From positions 15,624,001 to 15,688,000 of the forward strand of contig NC_043015.1 in the NCBI RefSeq assembly GCF_006345805.1: a DNA stretch of 64,000 nucleotides. The letters run 5' to 3'. The stretch's first letter is position 1; each line of letters opens with the position of its first letter. Origin of the DNA: Octopus sinensis. Taxonomy: Eukaryota. This document shows, piece by piece, positions 40,901-53,346 of this stretch. The position numbers and the translations under genes are program-made. Under the pieces are notes generated by a model. The model did no database searches. It had not been told where the DNA came from and saw nothing but the letters and a program-made list of their open reading frames with translations.

Positions 40901-42896
40901 GTCCTACTACGTGTGGTCAAACAACAATTGGGTGCGTAGGAAGTCGGGTCAGGATGTTGAAGGACATCCTGGTGTCAAGTTTAACAGTTGTCTAGGAAGA
41001 GTATACACTGTACCTCCAAACCAACATGACTGTTTTCACCTGCGCCTTCTCCTCCATGAGGTTTTAGGCCCACAAAGTTTTCAAGACATCAGAACTGTTG
41101 ATGGTGTATTATGTGATACTTTCCGTGAAGCCTGTTTTCGGCGTCGACTTTTGGAGGATGATTCACAATGGGGCGCCACTATGGCAGAAGGTGTTTCATT
41201 AAAATCTCCTAAAAAAATAAGATCGCTTTTCGCTATTCTATTACTATGGTGTGACTTGGCTAATCCCGCCTCTTTATGGCTTACCTACAAAGATGATATG
41301 TCTGAAGATTTCCTGCATCACGCTCAATCGCTACATCCATCAATGGAGGTCGGGTACACTGACCTCATTTACAACAGGGCGCTGCTTGAAATCGAAGATA
41401 CTGTACTCGATATGGGCGGTAGTGCCTTGCCGGTCTATGGCCTACCTTCAACAAACCGGGAAGGCACAAACACTGTCTTCACATTTGCTGCGTGAGACAT
41501 GTTTTAATGTTGACGAGCTTGCCGAGTACATAGCCGACAATGAGCCAAAGCTCATTCCAGAACAGAAGTTCGCTTACAACTCCGTTGTTAATTCAGTCCG
41601 GGCCAAAGCTGGGGACATTTTTTTCCTGGACGCTCCTGGGGGCACTGGGAAAACTTTTGTCAACAAATTAATATTGGCTGAGATTAGGCGAACACAAGGC
41701 ATTGCCCTAGCTGTGGCATCATCTGGAATTGCGGCTACTTTGTTGCCAGGCGGCAGGACAGCTCACTCTACTTTCAAACTCCCACTTGACTTAGCGAAGA
41801 CTGAGACACCAACTTGCAACATCAGTAACAGCTCTGATCAGGCAGAAGTCTTCAGACGATGCAAGCTTATCGTTTGGGATGAATGCACGATGGCCCACAG
41901 AGGTGCTCTTGAGGCACTAGATAGATCTCTCAGAGACATCAAACACTCTTCAGCTCCCATGGGAGGCATAACACTTCTTCTTTCAGGGGACTTCCGACAA
42001 ACACTTCCCGTTATTCCCAAAGGGACTAGAGCTGATGCTGTAAGTGCGTGTCTTAAGTGGTGAAGACTCTCAAACTTCACACCAATATGCGTGCTCATAT
42101 GTGACGTGATATCACATCAGCAGCATTTTCTCACACCCTCCTTGCACTTGGCGAAGGCAAAATACCAGGGGATGAAAATGGTAATATTGCCATCGATTCC
42201 ATTTGTACCATTGTTAACACGCCTTCTGATCTCAGAGATGCAGTCTTCCCAGATCTACAAGCTAATTATCAGAATATGGATTGGATTGGCCAAAGGGCTA
42301 TTCTGGCCCCGAGGAATAAAACTGTTCACCATATTAATGATGAAATGCTAAAACTCATTCCTGGGGATGTCTATGTATATAAGTCTATTGATACAACTCC
42401 TGACCCAGACGACGTCATCAATTATCCAATAGAGGTACTCAATTCCTTTGAGCCCCCCGGACTACCACCACACATTCTCAAACTTAAAGTTGGTGCCCCT
42501 ATAATGCTCATTAGAAATTTGGTTCCCCCAAAACAATGTAATGGCACACGTTTGATCGTTAAGTCCTTATCTCCCAATCTGATTGAGGCCACCATTATCA
42601 CAGGGTGCGGTCGAGGCAACGTTGTGCTCATACCTAGGATGCATCTTATCCCATCAGGAGCAGACCTACCTTTCATATTTCGGAGGTCCCAGTTCCCAGT
42701 AAGGCCATGTTTTGCAATGTCAATTAACAAAGCGCAGGGTCAAACACTGTCTGTGGCAGGAATACATTTGGGAGAGCCATGTTTCTCTCATGGTCAGCTT
42801 TATGTTGGCTGCTCACGTGTCGGCAGCAACAGTGATGCTTTCGCATTCCTTCCACAACGAAAAACAAAAAACATTGTGTACAAGGAGGTTTTATAG
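37902..42896 (+). pseudogene. Helitron Rep/PIF1 helicase ORF, disrupted
   Basis: Zn finger CQFCNAKKW...CC, FITFTCNP, VEWQKRGLPHAH (HUH), KYICKYVNKG, DAPGGTGKT, WDECTM, GDFRQ, FAMSINKAQGQT; in-frame TGA at 40773, frameshift near 41470, deletion/frameshift near 42060, TGA near 42100. Confidence 0.95.
37964..38648 (+). repeat. 147-bp (49-aa) in-frame tandem repeat, about 4.6 copies
   Basis: Unit starts at 37964, 38111, 38258, 38405 and 38552; near-identical copies. Confidence 0.97.
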
Positions 42897-43996
42897 GATT
42901 ACTACGTTTCATCATTTTCAAACACGTTAGTATTCCACTTACATACGACTCTCTTTTATGACGGCATTTACATTTCTAGGCGTTTCATTACATTAATTCA
43001 CACTTAACCAACACCTGTCCTTCGCTCAACTCTATTTCTATCCATTCATCATCAAACCACCAGCCTCATCTTCTATATCCAACGTACATGACACATCTAC
43101 CCCTACATCTACACTCTCATTGTTAAAGTTTACATGAGCGACAACACGATCGCAACATACACTTTCGAAACTAATCAACAGATCATTTTATACAACAACA
43201 AATTTAATCAAAACGCCCATCAATGAAAACATCTCCACCACTGTATTGTGATTCACCTAATCAGCACCACTACAGTCTTGCCGGTTTGACATATGGTGAG
43301 TAGATGCTATTGTTCTATATTTTATAAATTACACATATTTACTTACCCATGCTTCATTCCTCTCTTGCCTACATATGAAATCCACTCTCTTTTAACACAG
43401 CATCAAGTTTTGTAACAGCACATCCGCTGCCATTCGTGCAAAACGAAGAGACCCTATTCACCTGCGAACGTTTTACATCGCCTTCCACGACTATCAAATT
43501 CTTACAATTATGAGAACAATAACATGGCTCATTTCAAGGCAACCTCACATTCAATTCTTACACCATTCTACGAGGGGGTAGGAACACCTTTACATGGCTT
43601 TCTATACACTTACAAATACATTCATTCGCCGTGAACTTATATCAATATTTGCCTGAATAATCATCATAATTCAGTGCAATCATTAACAGTACTTTCAAGC
43701 AATTCAGCCCCGAGCAACGCCGGGCAATTCAGCTAGTATATATATATAATTAAGGTGGCTATTCGTAATTTAAAACCGATAGGCAACAAATATAGTTGTC
43801 ACTAAAGTGATGGAGAGTGCTAGTAAGTACCAGTATTGCTAGAAATAAGAGTCAAAACAACTCTTAGCTACATGAGAGCACTTTTATAATGGCTGACTAG
43901 GGAGACAGGCTCCAGCAATGCTGGGGCTTAATCGCACTCTCTGTCACTTTAGTGACAACTATACTAGTTACTTATGTGTATATATATATATATATA

Positions 43997-44359
43997 CTAG
44001 CACTATGACCTGGCAACGCCAGGTCATAGTGCTAGTGCATCCATATACAGCTGCATGCGTGCACACATACATGCAAGTACTGTCCAAATCTCCAACCAAT
44101 CACATACAGCTAGCTGGCATTCAATTGGCATATCAAGTTTCGGGCATTTTGATTGGGTTTTGGATAGAAAATTCACAAAAAGTCACTTTTGTTGATTTCT
44201 TAATGGCTTTGCGGGGTGACTGGGGAAATTTAAAGATGTGCACGACCACCCTTGGATGGTTTTGAATGACTGTAGAAAGTGCGAGCCCTCTAACTGAAAA
44301 ATTGTGGATTTGTATAAAGGACACGCACACAGACATTTTGCCCTTTATATATATAGAGA
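43997..44359 (-). mobile_element. Non-autonomous mini-Helitron (363 bp)
   Basis: Minus 5' A|TCTCTATATATATAAAGGGCAAAATGTCTG; 3' perfect 18-bp hairpin ending CTAG|T. Confidence 0.85.
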
Positions 44360-45879
44360 TAATGTGTATATGTTTGTGTGTGTCTGTATTTGCCAATTGT
44401 ATTTGACAACTGGTGCTGGTGTGTTTATGTTCTTGAAACTTAGCAGTTCAGCAAAAGTGACCAACAGAATAAGTACCAGGCTTAAAAAAAAAAAACAAGT
44501 AATGAAGTCAATTCATTTGACTAAAAATTCCTCAATATGTTACTCCAGCATGGCTACAGTCTACTGACTGAAGCAAGTAAAAGAGAAAAGATAAAAAATT
44601 TAGTTTATTGACTATGAATATGCTTCTAACTCCACAAAATTTAGCTTTATGCTGGCTAAAACAGAGTAGTTACAAAGAACTCTTGAAGCTGACATAGATA
44701 ATTAGATAACTAGAGCTATAGAGGAAGGGTTGTCTTATCTATATTAAAATGTTATGAATTGTCATCCTATAAACTTGACCTTCTATGTCACTTCATCAAC
44801 TTTATCTGTATGACTTTTAGTTGTTTAAAAAAAAACTGAAATTTCTGAAGTTAATTAGTATTTCTAACTTTCAGTAAAGTATGGAAATTAGTTTTAAAAC
44901 AAAAATAATGAACCAAGTAGCTGCATGTATTGAAGAACAAAATGTAAGATAACAATTTTTAAATGCATGATATGCATATATGCTGAATAGCAGATCAAAT
45001 CCCAATACATTTTGACCCTCCTTGATTTTTTGCCACCATAAATTCATAATATTCAACAATAAATATTTCAACATATCAGCAAATAAATGAAATTGGATCA
45101 CTTGATACCCACAACACTTAAGAAAAACATAGGGTTAAAATGTTTTTCTTTTTAATCTCTAATACAAAATAATTTTAAATACAGTTATTTACATAGTTTA
45201 ATGACTTATTAGAAAACTTACACTGCCCTACTTACTGAATCTTTGCATTTGTCAATTCTGAAGCAGTACTTGTATTTCTCTATTATTCTATACTCTTGAA
45301 CAGAGATTTTAAATCAGGCTAAATTAATCAACTTCTTGAGTTAATTAACATAAAACTCTTCAGAATAATTTAATTTCAAAAACGGAAATATATTAAGTTA
45401 TGAAAAACTTCTCATGTTCGATCCAAAACATCATGATTTCCTGTTTTTGAGAAGATAAGAATTTAATTCAACTTGCTAAAAGAAATTGGTTCCATATACT
45501 TTTTATTAAATTGATAAGATAACTTATATAAGCATTAGTAGTTAGTGACAGCTGGCTAAATCTTTACACTGTTGTCCTATTAACAAACGGGTTGGTAGTT
45601 TATATAATGTAACCAGAGCTTTACTATGACTTCATTTTGAATTAGCCTAGCTACCTTGTATACATCATGGGAAGTTATAGCTTATTTTTAAAAACAGCAG
45701 AAACACTTCATAATTGACTTGCTGAGCTAGCAAAACCAATAAGAAACAGATGAATCAAAAGAGAGATGTCTCAAACAGCTTAGTGTTTTAAAAATTTGGA
45801 GTGTGAGGAAGTACTTCATGATACATCTTTACAGTAATAACGATAATAATAATAGTGATAATAATAATAATAATAACAA

Positions 45880-46320
45880 CAACATTGTCGCCAAACAAGC
45901 AAAATGGATCAATCAGACTACAGAAACAAATGGGCAAAAACAAATGGAGCCAGAAGCCTCTGCATGGACAGTATATACTTCGAAGCCGAAATGCTGATGA
46001 AGACCAAGCCATCAGTGGCTGAGAAGTTCAGGGCTGAAAGCAGAGACTGAAGGTTTTATATTGGCGGCACAAAATCAAAGCTTGCTTGCCAGAAACTACC
46101 AGGAGAACCATGTCTCAAAGAAATCCAAAGGATTGTGCTGACAAGTATTTCTGACATTCTTAGGAAAGCCCTATCAATTTAAATGTCTGATGATATTTCC
46201 CTACTTTTCCTGCCACTCTCCCTCCCCAAGCTTTATAACATTTCTTATCCTTCACTCGCCCTAGGATGTTGGGTGTGTCTCATCAAGTGATTATAACAAA
46301 CATGCAGATTAAAAGTAAAT
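45880..46320 (+). mobile_element. R4/Dong-like LINE 3' fragment between (TAA)n tracts
   Basis: KWSQKPLHGQY...WLRSSGLKAETEGFILAAQNQSL; similar to 30270-30400. Confidence 0.75.
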
Positions 46321-46427
46321 AATAATAATAATAATAATAATAATAATTATAATAATTATAATAATATAATAATAATAATAATAATAATTATAATAATAAT
46401 AATTATTATTATTATCATTATTATTAT

Positions 46428-46746
46428 CAGTTCAATAATACAACCCAAACAAAATAACCCACAAACACAAGACACACTCTATATAGCATGAAATATATTT
46501 CCACCAGCAAGCTTGAAAATCAACTCATTACACACTCGACACACAATACAAGCAGTAACACAACAAAAGACTGCACCACACCTCAAGAGAGAAAAAAAGC
46601 ACAACAGAAAACAATACCGGTAAGAGTTTGCGCACTCCCAATGACAGAAAAGAACCCACAATGCTGCACACAACCCCAGCAACACGGATGCGTAGCAAGT
46701 GATGCAGTTGGAATTTGCCTCAAACTTCAAGTGTTGAACAATTAGC

Positions 46747-46750
<4 letters not shown>
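46428..46750 (+). mobile_element. Solo copy of the R4/Dong-like 3' UTR in (TAA)n
   Basis: Closely matches 50456-50790, which directly follows the RLE stop codon. Confidence 0.75.
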
Positions 46751-46786
<36 letters not shown>

Positions 46787-47009
46787 GCAACAACAACATT
46801 GGAAAGCTTGTTGGCTTTCTCTGTCCTACTGAAGAATAGTACTAGGTATTTAAATATTTATGCATCATTCTTTTTTTCTTTTGCTTGGCTCTATGATCGT
46901 AATTTGTACTAATGGAATCGTAAGCAGAAATTAAAAGGCTAGGTAAAAATGATTTACTTACTTCATTTACATGTAGAATAACAATACTCTTTTACTCTTT
47001 TACTCTTTT

Positions 47010-47210
47010 ACTTGTTTCAGTCATTTGACTGCGGCCATGCTGGAGCACCACCTTTAGTCGAGCAAATCGACCCCTGGTCTTATTCATTGTAAGCCCAGTA
47101 CTTATTCTATCGGTCTCTTTTTGCCGAACCGCTAAGTGACGGGGACGTAAACACACCAACATCGGTTGTCAAGTGATGGTGGGGGGACAAACACAGACAC
47201 ACAAACATAT

Positions 47211-47264
<54 letters not shown>

Positions 47265-47410
47265 GACAGGCTTCTTTCAGTTTCCGTCTACCAAATCCAC
47301 TCACAAGGCATTGGTCGGCCCGAGGCTATAGCAGAAGACAGTTGCCCAAGATGCCACGCAGTGGGACTGAACCCGGAACCATGTGGTTGGTAAGCAAGCT
47401 ACTTACCACT
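47010..47410 (-). mobile_element. tRNA-derived SINE (family B), near full length
   Basis: Minus head AGTGGTAAGTAGCTTGC...GGTTCAGTCCC; related copies near 25300, 36090, 36530, 59060-60365, 61610 and 62210. Confidence 0.75.
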
Positions 47411-47439
47411 CTTGCGCCTAATTATATAAATACATTTTA

Positions 47440-50400
47440 AAATTTTGTTTCATTTTCTCAACAAATTCCAGTTTAAATTTCTATCGTGTTTTACTTATAT
47501 CTGCAACATTAAAAACTTGCTTGCATGTTGGGGTGCACCGACCTCCGCCATCTATACGGGAAATCTTGATTAGAGGTTGAAGAAATCCAGAGAAGAATAA
47601 AAAATGAGCAGGAAGGTGTGAGACAACAGTAACAGAAATTGGTATTAAGGAGTAAGAGATAAAGGAAATGAAAAAGAAGGAAATGACTAAGTGCCTGAGA
47701 ATGCTGATGAAGTAAATAGTGAAGATGTTCTAGTTGGGCAAGCGACAGGAAATGCTGCACAAGACTTGAACAATGAAGGGAAGGAGATTCTAGAAATGCC
47801 ACGAGATAAAATCAGGTGGGAACAATGAAGTGCCACCAAATGTAAAATATATAGACAGAGGAAAAGTAAGGAGAGCCACAGGTGGAGTAATTGGCGGTTT
47901 AGAGCTTGGTTGAAATAGAGAACATTAGTGAAAATAAACAAACTAATCATAGCTGTTGCTAATGTTGTAGCTGACATAATAAGATACAAGCAGAAAACTT
48001 GAAAAAGATGAGGAGAGAGAAAAGAAAGAACCAAACTAGAGGAAGGGAATATAGATGAAGTTGAAAAGGATGTGGAAAGAACTGAGGCAACTAAATAGGA
48101 TAATGAGAGAACTCAAGAATGAGAAAATTGAATGGGAAGTACAGGTTAGAAGAAAAAGAAAAAAAACTGCACATGGAGAATAGTCACAAAGAGAAGTGAC
48201 AGCATTAAAGGCAAAATTGTAAAAAAGATATGGTGCTAGATGTAGATTGCTTCAATCGAACAGAAGGCATCTTTTTTGAGGAAATAGAGGGAGAACAACT
48301 TTAGGACGTGATTCCTGATGCTGAAGAAAATAAAGTATTTTGAGGGGAGCTTTGGATCATAAAAAAGATGCCGAGTTGCTAAGACAGGTGGAAAGATAAC
48401 TTGCAACTGCACCAAAACAAAAGAACGTCAGAATTGATCTGTACTCAGATAAGCTGAAGTTAAAAAATATGGCAAATTGGAAAGGATTTTGTCCGGTTGG
48501 AGCACAAGGTTACTGGCTGAAGAATTTTACACAATTGCATGAAAAGATCACTGCACGCCTGGATGAATGCCTGCAGCAAGTCATGTCCCTACCTGGATGA
48601 CAAGTGAACGGATGTTTTTATGTCTCGAGGACCTCTTGAAAGGTAAACTGGAACTAAATTTTTTACCTATATTCTATTTACCACTTATGCGGAAAAGTTA
48701 TGTAATCATCCTGGATAGTAACAATCTACTTCTAGTAGAACAGAACGGATGCAGGAAGAAAAGTAGGGCAACAAAAGACAACAAATTAGTTGATAAAATG
48801 ATAATTAGAAATTGTAGACGCAGATTGATGGGAATGAATGTAACATGGTTGGAGCACGGAAAAGCATATAGCATGTTCCGGCACAGTTGGATAAGTAAAA
48901 TAATGAGCATGTTTAAAGTGGCAGAAAATATGGAGAAAATGGAAATGAAAATAGAAAAAATAGAATACTGAACTGATAGGAGAAAAACAAAAACTTGGGA
49001 GGATGAACATCAGACGTAATATATTTCAAGGTGATAGCTTATCTTCATTACTATTTGTATTAACCATGAGACTACGAAATATTCAAATAGTTGATGATTT
49101 GGGGAAAGGATATGGTCAGATAATTCATTTCCTTTTTATGGATGATATAAAGCTTTAAGCGAAAAATGAGAAGCAACTTGAAAGTTTTGTACATACTGTT
49201 CATAGTTTCTCAAATGGTGTAGGTATGAAATTTGGGATTGAAAAGTGCGCTATAGTGATAAGGAAATGAGCAAGATTTGAAGGAAGCTAGGGAACCGAAA
49301 TGCTAAAGGGGCAAACAATGAAAGATGTTGAGAAAGGAGAATGGTATAAGCATTTGGGAATACTGGAAGCAGATGAAATAAAAAAAATAAAGAGATGAAG
49401 CAAATTATCAGTCGGGAATATACAAGAAGAGTGAGGAAAATATTACTGTCAAAATTGTATTTTTTAAATGTTATTGAAGCAATAAATGCAAGAGTGGTAC
49501 AGGTATTCAGATATGGAACTGAAATTGTTGACTGGATCAAAAACATACAGAAACTGGAGAGAAAAACTAGAAGGCTTCTGACAATCAACGAAGTCCACCA
49601 TCCGAAAGCTGATATCAACTAGTTGTACATGAGAGACCCGGGCGGAAGAGGTTTAATTGCTGTGGAAGGATGTGTACAGATGGAAAGAAAAAGCCTACTT
49701 GAATATTTATAGAACGGCACAGAGAAATTATTAAAGACAGTGAATAAGATGCAGGTGATCAGATGTGGAATATGAGAAAAGAGCAAAAATGAAATTCAAA
49801 AAGAGCGTGTTAAACAGATTGAAGAGAAATCTTTTCATGGTCAGTTTTGGAAAGCCACTGACGATATACGTAAAACAAAACCCTGGGTTTGGTTGAAGAA
49901 AGGACAATTAAAGAAAAAGAAACAGAGCCTTATTATAATAGTTCAAGATCAAGCGTTAAAATCAAACTTGAGAAAATATGTGTTTAGGGGAAAGGTACCA
50001 GTGATATATAGAGTGTGTGGAATTTGGGATGAAACAATGGCACACATTGTTGCAGAATGTCCTAAATTAGCTCGGGGAGAATATAAGACATGGAGGCATG
50101 ACCAAGGAGTGAAAGTTTTGCACAGGAAGCTTTGTCAGAAATGAAGATTTGAAGCTAGAAGTATTTGGTATGATCATCGAGTTGAAAGAGTGCTTGAGAC
50201 GTTGCAGTCCTCCTGATCAAAATATTGTCCAAAAAGAAGTGGAGAAATTCTCGAAGAACAAAGACCTCGAAATTGAAGTATTCAAGATGTGGGGCATGGA
50301 GGTAAAAACAATACCAATAATAATTGGAGTATTGAACATGATAAAAAAAAGACATATGAACAAAAACGTAGAAGCTATACCAGGATCCTCAACACTACAC

Positions 50401-50790
50401 ACTATCCAAAATATACTCCTGCTAGGAACAGCCCACACCCTGTGCAATACATTTTCAGTTCAATAATACAACACAAAGAAAACAACCCACAAACGCAAGA
50501 CGCTCTATTCAGCAATTGCCCAGTGAAATAAATTTCCACCAGCAAGCTTGAAAATCAGCGCATTACACACTCGACACGCAATACAAGCAATACACAACAA
50601 AAGACTGCACCACACCTCAAGAGAAAAAAAAACTAACACAAAACAATACCGGTAAGAGTTTCTACACGCCCAACGACAAAAAAGAACCCACAATGCTGCA
50701 CACAACCCCAGCAACACGGATGTGTAGCAAGTGATGCAGTTGGAATTTGCCTCAAACTACCAAGCGTTGAACAATTAGTACAATAATAAC
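47440..50790 (+). mobile_element. Near full-length degenerate R4/Dong-like LINE
   Basis: EQNGCRKKSRATKD...HSWI, IFQGDSLS, FLFMDDIKL, HHPKADIN, ETMAHIVAECPKL...RHD, RLE TIPIIIG...LLGTAHTL; 3' UTR ends in (TAA)n. Confidence 0.88.
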
Positions 50791-50818
50791 AACAACAACA
50801 ACAATAATAGTAATAATA

Positions 50819-50855
<37 letters not shown>

Positions 50856-51405
50856 CAATAAAATGCCCTGATGCAGTACCAGGCACTGGCTCTCATGGCT
50901 TCTGATCTTAACTGATTAGAAGTGTTATCATATACATTGCTTTGTTTTGGCATAAAAGATGGGCTACAGCAAATATTCTGCTCAATATCACAGATTTGCT
51001 TGTAAGTTGTTTGACCGTAACCAGTTGAGCATATCCCGTAGTGGCTGACGATATGTGCGTCTGTGATCACGAGGAGAAATAGTGAGCGAGTATCATAGCC
51101 ATGTGTTGAAAGGAATTCTTTGGGGTTTGGGAAACATAGGTGTTTTGTTCAACATCCTTAAACAATCCTTATTCAGGGGCCTTTTGAGCGGGATGGGCTA
51201 CTCGACCTGAAGAAAATTCTAACTGGGCCCCACCTGCAATGGTCATGCACTGTTTATTTTGATATGAGATCACCATGTCGCGCACATATGATCGTGATGT
51301 GTGTGGCTGGTGTACCCTAATCAGACGGGTAATCATGATGGGTATAGTGGGCTTCGTATATTTTACTGCAGTGTCACTTTGATGGCATGCACTGCTCTTT
51401 CACTC

Positions 51406-51439
<34 letters not shown>

Positions 51440-51444
<5 letters not shown>

Positions 51445-52050
51445 CCTTTCTATTAAAGACACAAAGGCTGAAATTTTAGTGGTGGTGAGATAGTCGATTA
51501 CATTGACCCCAGTGCTCAACTGGTACTTATTTCATCGATCCCCGAAAGGATGAAAAGTAAGGTGGACCCCAGCGGAATTTGATCTCAGAACGTAAGGACG
51601 GACGAAATGCCGCTAAGCATTTTACCCGGCGTGCTAACGATTCTGCCAATTTGCCGCCTAATATAATCCTTTCTACAAGGCCAGAAGTTCTGGGGGAGGG
51701 GACTAGTCGATTCCCTTGACCCGTGCGTAACTGGTACTTAATTTATCGGTCCTGAAAGAAAGAAAGGCAAAGTCGACCTCGGCGGAATTTGAACTCAGAC
51801 CGTAGCAACAGACGAAATACCTATTTTTTTACTACCCACAAGGGGCTAAACACAGAAGGGACAAACAAGAACAGACAAACGGATTAAGTCGATTATATCG
51901 ACCCCAGTGCGTAACTGGTACTTATTTAATCGACCTCGAAAGGATGAAAGACAAAGTCGACCTCGGCGGATTTTGAACTCAGAACGTAGCGGCAGACGAA
52001 ATACCGCTAAGCATTTCGTCCAAAGTGCCAACGATTCTGCCAGCTCGCTA
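51440..52050 (-). mobile_element. Cluster of 3-4 adjacent family A SINE copies
   Basis: Repeated GTCGATT...GACCCCAGTG...ACTGGTACTT...AAAGTCGACCTCGGCGGA(A/T)TTTGAACTCAGA units. Confidence 0.75.
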
Positions 52051-52675
52051 ATAATTATAATCATATAGGGGATGATCATACTTGAAATGTTCTCAACCAT
52101 AGTCTTGCACAATCAGAGCTGATCAGGGTTTACATAACAACAGTTAATATATTTAACTCTGAACTCTGCCAAACACATTTCAACCTATGCAGTAAATAAA
52201 GAAATTCTTCTGTCCTGTTATCTGATCTGAAAGTTCTGCTAAAAGTTTTGTATGTGAAATATAATACTTCATTCAATACAGAATCATTTCAGCACGGGAT
52301 ATATCTCTTGAGTTTCATTTCACAGCAAGACAATATGTGTTTTAAGCATATGAACATACGCTGCAATACTAAATTGTAAAAATGCTCATGATATATTAGG
52401 TTATGGCTAATTTCTTAACACTTGCTAGACTAACATCAATATATATACTTTACTACGCCCTGGTGTAAACTAATACAGACTTTGTACATAGTTATGAGCT
52501 ATTTATCCTTTTTCAAGACAGTAATCAGAGTAAAACACTCTGCTGAACATCTAATAAAATTTAAACCGCAATATAATTAAAACACATGCAGTGCTATGAA
52601 GAAATTGGAGTGTATCCCCAGGGTCTCATTTTCCAGTAAAACTACTGAGTGATCAAAAGTATTCTAAATACTTAC

Positions 52676-52776
52676 TTGGCCTGCAGAACCAGAGCAATAC
52701 AACCGGCAGCAAGTGGGGCTGCTGCTGATGTCCCTCCAAAATTTTCCACACAGCTACCATGTAAACCTGTTGTTAC
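52676..52776 (-). CDS. Proprotein convertase exon with catalytic serine
   Basis: ttttag|GTAACA...GCCAA|gtaagt; 101 nt; [33 protein letters not shown]; AA+C joins in frame to the 28098 exon. Confidence 0.95.
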
Positions 52777-53125
52777 CTAAAAATTTAAAGAAAGAATGAT
52801 TTAGATCTTTCTATGAGCAGTTTAGAAAACTTTACATTCGACTCGAGCATGATCTATTTTATGTGACCTGACACACTTTTCATACACTGCGAAAACAAAT
52901 GAGTTCTGAGTTCAATTCCTGCTAAGGTAGAATTAAATCACCCAGTTTAACACCCCTATATGATCCTTGGGTGTCCTTAGTGAAGCCAACTCTGTTGCAT
53001 GCTTTTCAGGACAGGTTTCCACTTTAAGAATACGTCAGTCTTTTTTCCAATTAATATCGGAGATCTGAAAATGATTAAGGACACTGCTCGTTCCGCCTGA
53101 GTAAGTGATTATCTATCTAAGTCTT

Positions 53126-53217
<92 letters not shown>

Positions 53218-53303
53218 TTATTAGAGACAAAACCACTATTGCAAAACAAACAAGGAAAGACTTAATCAATACATAAAATTTTAATAAATAGTCAAAAAAA
53301 CCG

Positions 53304-53346
53304 CCACTACAATTGTTTCTTGTCTTGATCGACAATCTTCAGGTGG
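53304..53346 (-). ncRNA. Minimal type I hammerhead motif (left arm)
   Basis: Reverse complement of the 57040-57082 motif. Confidence 0.75.

Larger units (their letters stand above)
36769..43736 (+). mobile_element. Full-length Helitron with both termini, inserted at A|T
   Basis: 5' A|TCTCTTATTATAAAAGG; 3' CCCG-AGCAACGC-CGGG hairpin (43709-43724) then CTAG|T (43733-43737); no TSD; Rep/helicase inside. Confidence 0.95.

Noticed and set aside
46428-50790. 320-bp direct repeats flanking an RT-containing region, resembling LTRs
   Set aside because: The RT is non-LTR R4/Dong type, there are no TG...CA ends or PBS, and the right copy is the LINE 3' UTR while the left is a separate truncated insertion.
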